DNA of 64,000 nt from a virus. This document shows, one piece after another, positions 20,701 through 30,531 of the stretch. The translations under genes and the position numbers were made by a program. The stretch lies in IMG/VR virus record IMGVR_UViG_3300025519_000001, positions 90,760 to 154,759 of that record, one strand, 5' to 3'. A model generated the notes under the pieces. It was not told the DNA's origin. It did not search any database and was given only the letters and a program-made list of their open reading frames with translations. Each line of letters starts with the position of its first letter. The first letter of the stretch is position 1.

Positions 20701-23700
20701 TGCTTTAAGTTCAGATTCGGCAGACGAAGCTTCCTTAGACAAATCATCCAATAAAGGTGATGTATCATCAAGAGTATTTAGAAATTCTTGTAATGATTGA
20801 GTTGTTTGAGAAGAACCTTTCTTTAACCCATCAATAAATGATTTTGTTTTTGAATCTGCGATGCCAATTGAATTACCATATTTTACTAAATCTTCTGATA
20901 AAATTTTAAATTGATTTTGATCTTTTATATTTTTTAGTGAATTTAATTTATCAAAAAACGCCGCCAGAGCATTTGCCTTATCATATAATTGATCACTTGA
21001 TAAATTTACATCCAAGTTACGAGAGATGTCCTCTAATTCTTTACTTAAATTATCATCAAGTTTAACGTGATTTTGTTCTAAAATGGTTTGAGTTAATCCA
21101 TTTAAGCTATCACGAATATTATTTGTTGAGGTTGCAACTTTATATTGAGCTTGAATTAATTTAGTTTGTAGTTCATTTAATTCTGAATCGGTGTATTTAA
21201 TAAATGTACCGAATCCTCCATCAGCAACAATATATCCACCCATTGCTATTTTGGCTTGAATATCTGCTACTTCTTTTTGGTCTTTTTTTAGTTGCTCTAA
21301 TTGATCTTTAAAGTTATCTTTTGCGTCGAGGATATTTTGTTTTGCTTCTTGATCAGCAAGTTGTTGAGCGTATTCAAGCTCTTGTTTTATAGCATCAGCA
21401 TTTTTTAAGTGTGCTTGCCCTTTATCGTCAATAGACTGAACAAGATTAGGCATTAAGTCGGCTAATTGTTGAACGGTGTCTTTATATTTGGTTTCTTGAT
21501 CAATATCAGAAAATACTTTTCCACCGTTAGTTGCTTTATCTAATTCATTATATGTATTAAGTAAATCATTAATATGATCCTTTTGATTCGCATAATTATC
21601 AGCAATTTGTTTTTGTTGTTGCTGAAACTCTTTTTCTTGCTGAATATTTTTCTGATGTTGAGTGTAAAGGGCTGATAGACCAGCTACCACACCCGTAATA
21701 GCAAGAGATAATCCCAATGTTAATGTCGCTTCTAAAGCGGCAGCAGCAACTTGTGTACCAATTAATGCAAGTCTTAAAGCACCTAGACTTACACCAGCCG
21801 CTTGTGCTGTTCTAGGAAATCTTGTTAATGCAGTAGAGATTACATTTATTCTATCCTTAAGAGAATCAATTGTTGTATTTAATTTTAATGCTCCAGGAAC
21901 TATCATTGTTAATGATTTAGAAAGGGAGTTTCCAACACTAGTGAATTTTAAAAACGACGCTGTTGTAGCAAACACAACTATGTTTAATCCACCGAATGTG
22001 TCAGTTAGACTTTTTAGAACATTAATTGCGCTTGTACCAATATCTACAATATCTTTTAGAGCATCAGAAGTAATATTAGAACTCCAAAAATCATTAATAG
22101 CATTTCTAAATTTAGCAATATGACCCTGCAAACTATCAAGATATTTTGCATTTTCTCTAGCCGCAGAACCAAAACTATCCAATCCTGCTTGTAATGCACC
22201 TTCTGCATCTTTCCAGTTTTCAATCAAAGATGCTGCAACGTTTGCTTGTTCTTTACCTGCGATAAGTTCAAGAATATCTGATTTTTGAAAATCAGAAAGT
22301 TTATTCCAAACTCCCGCTAATTCTTGAAAAATTTCATATGTACTTTTGAAAGAATTATTATCATTCTTTAAACTCAAACCAATAGAATTAAATTTTTCTT
22401 CTAAAGTTGGAACTAGATTAGCAACTTCTTCTCCATCTTCAGAAATACCGCGAAGACGAAGTGAAAGCGTTTTCAAGGCATTTCCTACACGTTCTGGGTC
22501 TTGTATTGAAGCATTAGCAGCGGTTATAAGCGCAATGCTCTGCTCCATACTGTTTCCGGCTTCTGTTAATGCTGAAGCAGAGCGTTTGGCCGCTTCACCA
22601 ATACCAGCAGAGCTAATAGCAAATTTGTTACCAACTTCATTATAAACATCTACTAGATGCTGAATATTTTTTCCCTGATTATCTACTTCAATTCCAAAAC
22701 CCTTAATAGCGGCAATAAGATCGGTTGAGGCTTCTTCAGCACTTGAAATATCACCAACATTCTGATAAATAACAGTTTCTTTTGCTAATTGTTGCGCTTG
22801 TTGAAGGCTATATCCAAGTCTCGTCCATTCTGTTGTTGACTTTATGACATCAAGAGTAAGCGCTCCAACAGAATTTGCGGTTTGCGTGGCTTGTTTAGCA
22901 AAAGAAGCAAAGTTCTCTTTTGTTAAATCAGATGTCTTAGTTAAGTCAGTTAACGCAGTATCAAGATCGTATACATATTTAATTCCGCCTTCTAAAGCAT
23001 GAAGGGAACCGTAAACCGCAGTTGTAGCAATACCCCACTGAGTTATACGAGTTAGGGCGATTCTTAATGCTTCTCCAAATGATAAAACATTAGAACCGGC
23101 AGTTTTAGCAGAAGCAGTAATATTTTTTAATTGAATATCTATATCTTTCAATGCAGTTTTATAACTTCCACTAATTCCAGTTAACCCATTATTACCACTA
23201 AAAGTAATACCAGAGAGTTGCTTATTAACTTCTTTTAATTGTTGGGCTACATTTTGATCAGCCCCAAACCTCCTCATCAAATCATCGATTTTTGCTCTTC
23301 TAGAGGCGATTGATTGTTCAAAATCTAAATTTTTTTTTATGTTTTCTTGATGAGCTAGATAATATAATTTTTCTTCTTCTAGTGCAGATTTATAATTTTT
23401 TAGATATTCTTCAATTTGGGAATAATTAGTTATAAAACCTTGTTTGTCTGTTTTAACCACAAGTTTATTATTATTTATTTCATCTTGAAGTGTATGAATA
23501 GCACCAATTACTTCTCCAAATTGATTATAATTTAATTTTGTTCTTACATTTTTGCTAAATTGGCTGTATTCAATTAATAACATTTCAAGCGTTTTTCGTT
23601 GATCATCTAATGCTTTGGTTTCTTGCTGAACCGATCTTTTATTTTCATCGTGAACAACACGGACATTTTTTACAACTTCGCCCATTTTATTTGTTTTTTC

Positions 23701-23964
23701 CGTTATGGTTACTACTGTTCCATCAAGCTTTTTATAGATATGTTGATTTTCTTCAACAACTTGGTTGGCGTTATCAATAACACTTTTGATTTTATCAAAT
23801 GAATTTATAGATTTGTTTAATGTTTCTGTGTCAATACCAATCTTTAAATCTAATGCTGATACCTTTTTAGATAATTCGGCAATTTGCTTATTTAAGTCAG
23901 TAATTGCTTGTGTAGATGTATCAATCTTTGTTTTTATCAAAATCGAAAGATCATTTTCGTTCAC
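17749..23964 (-). CDS. Tape measure protein
   Basis: 2071 aa helical/coiled-coil, TP901-type core (DVYNEVGN..AISS.GIGEA, VGNALKTLS.RL), central hydrophobic segments, YHQGG...EIPAILKKGEVVL end. Confidence 0.92.
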   Translation of the reverse strand: MNENDLSILIKTKIDTSTQAITDLNKQIAELSKKVSALDLKIGIDTETLNKSINSFDKIKSVIDNANQVVEENQHIYKKLDGTVVTITEKTNKMGEVVKNVRVVHDENKRSVQQETKALDDQRKTLEMLLIEYSQFSKNVRTKLNYNQFGEVIGAIHTLQDEINNNKLVVKTDKQGFITNYSQIEEYLKNYKSALEEEKLYYLAHQENIKKNLDFEQSIASRRAKIDDLMRRFGADQNVAQQLKEVNKQLSGITFSGNNGLTGISGSYKTALKDIDIQLKNITASAKTAGSNVLSFGEALRIALTRITQWGIATTAVYGSLHALEGGIKYVYDLDTALTDLTKTSDLTKENFASFAKQATQTANSVGALTLDVIKSTTEWTRLGYSLQQAQQLAKETVIYQNVGDISSAEEASTDLIAAIKGFGIEVDNQGKNIQHLVDVYNEVGNKFAISSAGIGEAAKRSASALTEAGNSMEQSIALITAANASIQDPERVGNALKTLSLRLRGISEDGEEVANLVPTLEEKFNSIGLSLKNDNNSFKSTYEIFQELAGVWNKLSDFQKSDILELIAGKEQANVAASLIENWKDAEGALQAGLDSFGSAARENAKYLDSLQGHIAKFRNAINDFWSSNITSDALKDIVDIGTSAINVLKSLTDTFGGLNIVVFATTASFLKFTSVGNSLSKSLTMIVPGALKLNTTIDSLKDRINVISTALTRFPRTAQAAGVSLGALRLALIGTQVAAAALEATLTLGLSLAITGVVAGLSALYTQHQKNIQQEKEFQQQQKQIADNYANQKDHINDLLNTYNELDKATNGGKVFSDIDQETKYKDTVQQLADLMPNLVQSIDDKGQAHLKNADAIKQELEYAQQLADQEAKQNILDAKDNFKDQLEQLKKDQKEVADIQAKIAMGGYIVADGGFGTFIKYTDSELNELQTKLIQAQYKVATSTNNIRDSLNGLTQTILEQNHVKLDDNLSKELEDISRNLDVNLSSDQLYDKANALAAFFDKLNSLKNIKDQNQFKILSEDLVKYGNSIGIADSKTKSFIDGLKKGSSQTTQSLQEFLNTLDDTSPLLDDLSKEASSAESELKALNQALYDSSKGKSLDAKSIGELISSYPELIQYIRQTKDGWTLEKSALDALRVSQADLLAQTKAAEAAKTSEVYKQLQNRLKYYGLEIDSITDLATAQQAIANIYNNPISQTGEEITMGNVHVKALNQDAQNTINLIHELVDLQDNYKKKFQDIFSNPNYGVSSSKSSSTNQYEPNLNISKAQLEVDKYNRLLDDNSKKIDEAKAKNESYDKLLSDRLTLYSKLTVALNNLNKEQLSEKSSLQSKLTRVGLVQNGEVVDNVEDKLVALSKSKASARLGYTASQLESMVERFLELDNKLGDTKSQLEQATTDIADTLQMGLDKIQSVAERSKSLANNKISLLGEINTKEEKAALANDSNEILSALVTEKNKILSEIAKAKTIINSNATSAIKEANKIYLQSLMSALDSVSADLISQAETVGKQQAEALAEGFNETLSDLDFQKTLLGNIDTDEEKKQAQQINSQIRDTLLAGIKSYNSQIVELERKLTTTLTEEERHRAQAKLEELKSYVRDYQTQMVQLDDQIESDLESQVDDYIDAYKKMLEQQKDLALKAIDAQIDAENERHDQKMKNLDDEYNKFEEYINAQMEALDRANSTEDYQQDLQKLLDERAKIQAQYNTLLKDDSFEAKARRADLQQQLSDIDEQIAEKQRDRERELTKNALQDQLDDRKDYIDEQKELEDNYHDSVSKQLEDEKQEREDYYDSILEDERYFYQLKQDLMSQDATKVESTLNLIRGQYDEFFADLKNNASLLGDMFSTINSNFQMDYEKLNDFPIPTGNSSNSSGSSNSSISNGSIGSVVTSTAQNAIRENAWKEYLSNKQKYDSLAKEIQSGGLSQSQIATIRNQMEQLRSINQEYRDKFSFPDGSYDQLKNLQVYHQGGEVGVEGTTTQKWLDRILKSNEIPAILKKGEVVLDNPVSFINSLVNRVAVGMSAITPKQASASSTVTTNIENITMNFPSTPKNGSSFANDFISSLNKKGVRIGRG

Positions 23965-24000
23965 CTTTATTCACTTCCTTTTTCAAAAAATTTATAGAGT

Positions 24001-24501
24001 GTGCAGGAATTATTATTTCACCGTCGAATCTTGTTAATGGTGATAATAGTGCGTTTCATAATATTTGCGATTGTATTAATAATCTGTATAGCACGTCCAA
24101 TTTTACTTATTTTTCCGTTAACATTTATCTCCATTTATTTACTTTTAAAATATCATGATAAATTTAACAAAGGATATTTGTACACTATACATGGATTTGT
24201 TGAAGGAAATTCTTGTATAGTCTATTTATACAAAGACAAAATCGTATTAGATAATAAGAAAATAATTCCATTAGATAGAGTTATATTTTCTGAAACAACT
24301 GAAAGACATAATGACATTTATGGTGGTATGGGATACCATGTTGATCATGCTACATATTTTTTAGATATTCATTGTTTAAACAAAAACAACCAAAAAGAAC
24401 TTCTGATAATTAGTTCTAAAATCAATGGTCATCGACAATATAAGACTTACAAAAAATTTAGTAGGGAATTAAATAGATTGACAAAACATAAAAACAGTTA
24501 A
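24001..24501 (+). CDS. Membrane protein moron, counter-oriented
   Basis: N-terminal hydrophobic helices; only credible plus-strand gene in the late block; start may be 24037. Confidence 0.6.
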   Translation: MQELLFHRRILLMVIIVRFIIFAIVLIICIARPILLIFPLTFISIYLLLKYHDKFNKGYLYTIHGFVEGNSCIVYLYKDKIVLDNKKIIPLDRVIFSETTERHNDIYGGMGYHVDHATYFLDIHCLNKNNQKELLIISSKINGHRQYKTYKKFSRELNRLTKHKNS

Positions 24502-24671
24502 TTGCCGTTGACACTCCCCACACAGATTACGGCAATGGATTATAAATCATCTAATACATAAATTTTATCCAAAAGAAAAGAGCCAATATCTTTGGCTCCT
24601 TTGTTTTGAATGAAATTTATATTTCATGCCAAAAATCCGATAATATCCGACTTTTGTGTTAGGCGACAGGG

Positions 24672-25097
24672 TTAATAAATATCATCAAACAGTCTACAAA
24701 CAGCTTCATACTTTAATGCGTCTTCGCCTTGCCACTCAATAGGGCATTCTTCTACGCATTTCTTCAAGATCAACAGCATTTCTTTGTTTGTTTCATTTTC
24801 TTCAACAACAAACTCTTCCAAATTTAATTCCATTAACTCCTTAAAAAATTTTTCTTTATCGATAATATCTGCTTCTCCAGCACCGTTTTTATCCACATTT
24901 AAAATAACGATATTTCCATTTTCATCTAATCTAGAATTTTCTTTTATTAGCTGATAACGATGCTTCTCATATTCTTGTTTGTTGTTTTGTAGGATTTCTA
25001 AAAACTTCATCCTCATTCGATTGTTTTTTCCTGATAATTTTAGATTATTTAAAAGCCAATCATAATAAAAGTCAATTTCTCCGTATTTGATTTTCAT
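24672..25097 (-). CDS. DUF1617-like phage protein
   Basis: L.L.GK.NRMR.KF...L, LIKE....DENG pattern. Confidence 0.5.
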   Translation of the reverse strand: MKIKYGEIDFYYDWLLNNLKLSGKNNRMRMKFLEILQNNKQEYEKHRYQLIKENSRLDENGNIVILNVDKNGAGEADIIDKEKFFKELMELNLEEFVVEENETNKEMLLILKKCVEECPIEWQGEDALKYEAVCRLFDDIY

Positions 25098-25109
25098 ATC
25101 ATCTCTCCC

Positions 25110-26132
25110 TTAATCATCCTTCTTTAGATATTCTTTTAATTTATCTAAACCCTTCCATTGTCGTTCTTTGGCTGTTAAATCGTTGTAGATCTTATACATG
25201 TCCGATGATGTCCATCCCATAATTTCAATAATAAAATCAGAATCAAGTCCCAATCTCGTTAAATGAGTAACAATATAATGGCGCAAAGAGTGAAAATAAA
25301 AAGGAACGCCCAAAAACTTTTCCCATTTCTCACTCCAACTACGAATGGTACTTAAAACGGCAGGATCTCCATTTGGTTTAATAAAAATATAATCATGAGC
25401 CTTATTGTTTTCTTTCATAATTTTTTCACGTTCAATTAGCCACTCTTTATAATAGGGAAGAAAATAATCTTTTAAAATATATTTATAAAGCAACTTCCCT
25501 TGCTTTCCATGGCCTTTAGTCTTTATTTTTTTTGTTGTTTCAATAAACATGCCATCAAAAGCCGTATTATTTTCATCAATTAATGAAGTTGTAAATCTAA
25601 GTAATTCTGAAGCTCTAGCTCCACAGCTAATAGCAAGCGCGAGTAAACAAGCTTCTTGTGGACGCTTTAGATCATCCTTAAGATATTTTAAAAGACCATC
25701 TACTTGATCTTCTGTTAAAATTGTTTTTTCTCTTACTGGATTCTTTTTCAAATTCTCAATTGATTTTAAAATTACATTTTTAAAATTTGGATATTCTTCA
25801 TCAAAAAAATTTTCAATAAAATTTGAAAAACTACTCAAACATGCTTTCATCCTACTAAAGCGATTAGGACTCCATTTTAAATCTTCAACTCCATAACTAA
25901 AAAACTCTGAGAATTCTATTTTTTTTATATCAACAAAAAATTTATTGTCGTTATATAAAAGATTCCAAGTAAAAAATATATTTAAGTCACTTCTATAAGC
26001 ATTTACTGTTTCATCTGAACATTTCATATTTTTATCTTTTAGGAAGCGTTCCATCATTTTAATGTTTTTAGGATTTATTTTATTTAAAAGTTCATCATCT
26101 GTTATTTTCTTTTTAAAAGTTTTCCTTGCCAT
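25110..26132 (-). CDS. Tyrosine recombinase in the tail module (SPbeta YomM-like position)
   Basis: Catalytic GARASE, HSLRH, MGW, YKIY. Confidence 0.85.
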   Translation of the reverse strand: MARKTFKKKITDDELLNKINPKNIKMMERFLKDKNMKCSDETVNAYRSDLNIFFTWNLLYNDNKFFVDIKKIEFSEFFSYGVEDLKWSPNRFSRMKACLSSFSNFIENFFDEEYPNFKNVILKSIENLKKNPVREKTILTEDQVDGLLKYLKDDLKRPQEACLLALAISCGARASELLRFTTSLIDENNTAFDGMFIETTKKIKTKGHGKQGKLLYKYILKDYFLPYYKEWLIEREKIMKENNKAHDYIFIKPNGDPAVLSTIRSWSEKWEKFLGVPFYFHSLRHYIVTHLTRLGLDSDFIIEIMGWTSSDMYKIYNDLTAKERQWKGLDKLKEYLKKDD

Positions 26133-26140
26133 TAACTCAC

Positions 26141-26644
26141 CTACTTCACGATAATTCCACGTTTCATCATACCTTCCTTAAAAGCTTCAATATGTACTCC
26201 AGACCTCTTTAAGGCAGCTATTGTTTCAGCGGTAAAGGGTCTGCTTTGAAGGTATCTCCATGATGACCTATCTCTATTATATTTGTATTGATATTCTCCG
26301 TACTGTCCATGATTAACATTACTCATAGAAGGATCGCCATACTCAATAAGTGGTGCAATATATAAATCTTCCTGATCTTGTCCCTTAGCCATATTGACTA
26401 CCGATAAAATAACTTCGTTGCCCCTTTGTTCAACAACAGCAACCATCATATCAACATCTTGCAAACCATCATCAGAATATCTTCTGCGCTTATATGCATT
26501 TGGTTGATAAGGCTCATAAACTACCTTTTCAATTTGTTTCTGTTCTTCAAAACGAACTGAATCTGCAACTTCATCATTTAAGGTTTCTTTTATATTTTTA
26601 TTTATATATTTAAATAATTCATTCAGATTCTTGAATGTCGGCAT
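26141..26644 (-). CDS. HK97 gp10-like tail completion protein
   Basis: VY..Y.P..Y.R, LIEYG, SRPF motifs; start MPTF at 26644. Confidence 0.6.
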   Translation of the reverse strand: MPTFKNLNELFKYINKNIKETLNDEVADSVRFEEQKQIEKVVYEPYQPNAYKRRRYSDDGLQDVDMMVAVVEQRGNEVILSVVNMAKGQDQEDLYIAPLIEYGDPSMSNVNHGQYGEYQYKYNRDRSSWRYLQSRPFTAETIAALKRSGVHIEAFKEGMMKRGIIVK

Positions 26645-27125
26645 CAGAGTCACCTTTTTCATTGATTACAGCATTTACAAATGCTTCACCTAATGCATTG
26701 CCAATAAAATTACTATTTTTGCCAACTTGCTCAATCATATCTTGAACCCTCTTCAATTCTTCTGGATCAAATTGATTTAGAATTTCTTCAAGCAAATCTA
26801 AGTCGATAAGCTTCTCGCAAATAACCACCATTTTTTCAATATCAAGTGGAATAGAGTTGCCCAAACTTGTAAAATGCTTTAATAGGAGCATATAATAAAT
26901 AAAAGTTGCATCTTTAAATACTTCCCATGATACATTTTTATTTTTTAATTGTTCTAGAATATCCGAATAATCCAAAAGTAATCTCTGAATTGAAGTTTTT
27001 TTAAACTTCAATTGAATATCAATATAGTCACCATTTTTCAGTGTAACGCGCTTCATCTGATTAAATTCTGCTGCGTGTTGCTTATTAATTGAAGCAAGCG
27101 ACAAATGCTTTTGTTTTGTTGCCAT
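26619..27125 (-). CDS. Probable tail assembly chaperone
   Basis: Helical ~168 aa between tail tube and TMP, LLKHFTSL motif. Confidence 0.5.
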   Translation of the reverse strand: MATKQKHLSLASINKQHAAEFNQMKRVTLKNGDYIDIQLKFKKTSIQRLLLDYSDILEQLKNKNVSWEVFKDATFIYYMLLLKHFTSLGNSIPLDIEKMVVICEKLIDLDLLEEILNQFDPEELKRVQDMIEQVGKNSNFIGNALGEAFVNAVINEKGDSDADIQESE

Positions 27126-27151
27126 ATTTTTTTTCACTCTCCCTGAAAGAT

Positions 27152-27766
27152 TTAAAACCAACAAAAAGGATGATTTACTTTTCTCTCGAAAATCACAAGT
27201 AATTGTTTATTAGACCAGCAACCCGGACATTGATGAATAACTTTTGTGTATATTTTTGAAAAATTATTTATACGATTTGGAAAACTCTCTTCTAAAAATT
27301 TAAACTTATGTTCCGAATCTTCATTTTCGCAACTTGAATCATTGTAAGGAACAAGAATAATAAGGAATTCGCGCGTATATTCCATCATCTCATTAATCCA
27401 AAAATAAGGATTTTTAAAAAGCTGCAAACAATTGCTTGTTATAATGACATCATAATTAATCCTATAATCTTTTAAAAAACCATTATAAAAAAATAATTCT
27501 GGATGTACTTGACGACATTCAAAAATTGCCTGATCTGAAATATCTAAACCACAAACAAAGGAAGTAGGAAAGTGTCGCATTAAAACTTCAACACCCTGTC
27601 CTAATGCACACCCCCAATCTAATATTTTTTTTCCATTTAAATCTACAAAATTAGGTAAATTCTGAACGATCAACTCCATAAAGTTTTTTGTTTGCTCTTT
27701 ACCATTAAATTCAATCCAGTTTGTTCTAAAACGATTATCCCAATATTCTTTACTATTTATCTCCAC
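27152..27766 (-). CDS. Class I SAM-dependent methyltransferase
   Basis: ILDWGCALGQG motif I, GLDIS, YDVII. Confidence 0.85.
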   Translation of the reverse strand: MEINSKEYWDNRFRTNWIEFNGKEQTKNFMELIVQNLPNFVDLNGKKILDWGCALGQGVEVLMRHFPTSFVCGLDISDQAIFECRQVHPELFFYNGFLKDYRINYDVIITSNCLQLFKNPYFWINEMMEYTREFLIILVPYNDSSCENEDSEHKFKFLEESFPNRINNFSKIYTKVIHQCPGCWSNKQLLVIFERKVNHPFCWF

Positions 27767-27769
27767 ATA

Positions 27770-28741
27770 TCATACCTCCAAAATTGCTTGACGATACATC
27801 GCAAGCACTTGTTTTGCTCTTAGGGTATAATTATGATGCTTGTACACAAATTCTTGCGCCTGTTTAGCTTTTTCTTTTCGCTGTTCATCTGTCATTGAGA
27901 GAATTTCATTTACCATATCAAATAGTTCGTCGGTATTTTTGGGTAAGTATATATAATCATGAAAAAGAAACTCCTGAGCTTTTGTATAGCAAGAAACTAA
28001 TAAAGCTCCTCCACTTCCAAGAACTTCATACATTCTCATTGATGTTTGTGTATAAGAGCAATCATCCAGATTAAACCCCAAAGCAATTTTAGAGGATGAA
28101 TAAACTAAAGGTAGTTTTTCATATGATAAAAGCCCATGATAGCAATCACAGTATTCTCTTATATCGATTTTTCTACTTCCATCTATCCACCAATTATTCC
28201 CGTAAACCCTTACATTGTAGTTATTCTGCAAAAGCGGAATTAGGAAATCAGAAACTTGCTTAGATCTTCTATCATAGTTATTTGCAACCAAAACTATATC
28301 ATTGTCTATATTTACATCTATCTTTTTATGAAAGTTTGGATTGCATCCAAACAACAGCAATTCTGCATTCTTTCCTTTTTTCCAATAGTTAGGTAAGCAT
28401 TCTGCTGTTGTTGTAAAAATATAATCTGTATAATCAGACCAATAATCACCAATCCAATGATCGTTTGGTGTATCTTCAATGGCCCAATAAAAATGAGGAA
28501 TTCCCATCTTATTAGTGTATTCAAAAATTAATTCCGAAAATTCGGCAAAACATTCACTAAAAACCAAATCTGGACGAAATATTTCAATCACTTCTTTAAA
28601 TATTTTAAATTGGAGTTCTTTATTTTTATCCCAAAGTTGATATTCTTTATCCATAATAAAAACATCATGACCCAAGTTACGAAAACCAGAAGAAAGACCA
28701 AACTTAATAAGGGGGGCATTATTTGTAAATAATATTCTCAT
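27770..28741 (-). CDS. CgeB-like GT-B glycosyltransferase
   Basis: YWAIEDTP, DYIFTT, YSSSKIALG, SMRMYEVLGSGG, HNYTLRA. Confidence 0.85.
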   Translation of the reverse strand: MRILFTNNAPLIKFGLSSGFRNLGHDVFIMDKEYQLWDKNKELQFKIFKEVIEIFRPDLVFSECFAEFSELIFEYTNKMGIPHFYWAIEDTPNDHWIGDYWSDYTDYIFTTTAECLPNYWKKGKNAELLLFGCNPNFHKKIDVNIDNDIVLVANNYDRRSKQVSDFLIPLLQNNYNVRVYGNNWWIDGSRKIDIREYCDCYHGLLSYEKLPLVYSSSKIALGFNLDDCSYTQTSMRMYEVLGSGGALLVSCYTKAQEFLFHDYIYLPKNTDELFDMVNEILSMTDEQRKEKAKQAQEFVYKHHNYTLRAKQVLAMYRQAILEV

Positions 28742-29733
28742 AAATGTTTACCACTTCTTTTTGAATACTCATAAATTGCATTTTCAATTTTTGAATATCT
28801 TTGTTCCCAAGTATTATTTTTAGCAAATTCAATTGCTTGTCTTTTAATTTCCGGTTTTTTGGATAATTCAATAGCACGATCTACATTCAATAGAAATTCT
28901 TCATCTGTTTGACTTGGTAATACTACATTAGGATACAATCGAACTTCAGGCCAATCAGTAGAAACTGTTACTTTTCCGCAAGACATATGTTCATAAAGCT
29001 TTATAGGGTCTGCCGCTTGAGTTATTTCTAATTTCGTATTAAAAGGCAGTAAACAAACGTCCAAAGTTTGATAATAATTAATCAAATCCGAATGAGACTT
29101 TACTCCTAAATTTTTTACATTAGATGGACAAACATTTCCAAATTCTCTTCCAATAAAAACTGTTGTATATTTGTCAGCTACTTTTTTAATTAATGAAGTT
29201 TTTACCCAAGAGCCAATTGCGCCCACAAATCCAACAATCGGCCCATTAAATCCAATTAAATCATTTGGTTTTTTAAAGGGCGCATTGATAAAAGACGAAT
29301 CACAGGCATTACGAACTAAATAAACATTATTATGCATTTTCTTTCTCAAATCAAATAAATACTGTGAACTTGTTAATACAATATCTGCTTTTTTACAAGC
29401 TTCGAACTCAAAAGGATGCCATTCTGGAAAAGAGTCAACGCTATCGTATATATTGATTTTTGCTTTAATAATTGGATAATAAACATGAGATTTTGCCCAA
29501 GTCGCATAAGCTACATCAATTTTCAATTTATTTTTTTGAATTTGTTCCACAACATCATGAAAGTTATAATGAACAAATAAATTCTTCTCTACTTCTTCTG
29601 GTTTCCTATTCAATTGTGTTTGATTGCAATAAATCACTCTCCATCCGTTTTTAGCAAATTGAGAAAGAATATGTTGAGGACGTTGTTTTAAAAAATTCCA
29701 ATCAATTGTAGGCATATAAAGAATTGTTCTCAT
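28738..29733 (-). CDS. TuaH-like GT-B glycosyltransferase
   Basis: DWNFLKQRPQH, IYDSVD, LVRNACD, GFVGAI..W, DVCLLPF, DPIKLYE. Confidence 0.85.
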   Translation of the reverse strand: MRTILYMPTIDWNFLKQRPQHILSQFAKNGWRVIYCNQTQLNRKPEEVEKNLFVHYNFHDVVEQIQKNKLKIDVAYATWAKSHVYYPIIKAKINIYDSVDSFPEWHPFEFEACKKADIVLTSSQYLFDLRKKMHNNVYLVRNACDSSFINAPFKKPNDLIGFNGPIVGFVGAIGSWVKTSLIKKVADKYTTVFIGREFGNVCPSNVKNLGVKSHSDLINYYQTLDVCLLPFNTKLEITQAADPIKLYEHMSCGKVTVSTDWPEVRLYPNVVLPSQTDEEFLLNVDRAIELSKKPEIKRQAIEFAKNNTWEQRYSKIENAIYEYSKRSGKHL

Positions 29734-30499
29734 TGTTTTCTCCCTTTAAAAATTTTTTTAACATATCCTTCGACATGATATGATGACAATACGCACTTAT
29801 ATCGCACCACAATTCAAAACCCTTATTTTTACAATCCAAACTCCAGCTTATATCTTCACCTTGAAAATGATAAGAATAAGAGGTTTTTTCACAAACAGAC
29901 TTAGACATTAAACAAATTGCACCTGTAGCATCTACTTTTAGTAATTTGCTTTGTTTTAAGGTTGGCGCATTTTTTACATACCAATTACGAACATGAGTAA
30001 ATCCGCCTTGTTCATTTAAATTGAGAATGTTAGGATACTGCCAATATGTATCAGGATAAGAGATATAACCGTTATAAATTAATGCTGAACATATATCTTT
30101 TTGATGAGATAGCAATTTGTTTAATGTATCTGGTTGCACTAAAATGTCCGAGTCAACAGAAAATAAATAATCTGATTGCACAGAAGATAAGATTTTATTT
30201 CTTAAATTAGAAAGATGTTTATATGTATAATTTTGTCTTACTTTTGGAGTACGCAAATCTTCAAACATATATTTAGAATCAAATTTTTCAATAATAAAAG
30301 ATTTATATTCGTGGCCATATTTTCTTTTAAATTCTTCAAGAATTTTTTGTGATTTATCATTTGAATTATTTAATAAAAAATAAAAAGAAATAAGGTTTTT
30401 AGGATAATTTAAATTACGCAGATGTTCAAGATAAAAAGGAAGAATCCAATCTCTTGAATTAATTGGAGCGCTTATTTGAATTGTTGGCTGTATATTCAT
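29702..30499 (-). CDS. GT-A (GT2-like) glycosyltransferase
   Basis: DYLFSVDSDIL (DxD), VDATGAICL, GEDISW. Confidence 0.85.
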   Translation of the reverse strand: MNIQPTIQISAPINSRDWILPFYLEHLRNLNYPKNLISFYFLLNNSNDKSQKILEEFKRKYGHEYKSFIIEKFDSKYMFEDLRTPKVRQNYTYKHLSNLRNKILSSVQSDYLFSVDSDILVQPDTLNKLLSHQKDICSALIYNGYISYPDTYWQYPNILNLNEQGGFTHVRNWYVKNAPTLKQSKLLKVDATGAICLMSKSVCEKTSYSYHFQGEDISWSLDCKNKGFELWCDISAYCHHIMSKDMLKKFLKGENNENNSLYAYN

Positions 30500-30531
30500 T
30501 AATTTTCAAACATCCTCTCAAATGTTCTTTA

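Noticed and set aside
17749-23964. Lytic transglycosylase or M23 domains in the TMP as in SPbeta CwlP
   Set aside because: No recognisable ES/GLMQ or HxxxD/HxH motifs.
26619-26680. Programmed frameshift from the chaperone into the next ORF
   Set aside because: The frames overlap but there is no clear XXXYYYZ slippery site; the downstream gene has its own SD (AAGGTG) and ATG.
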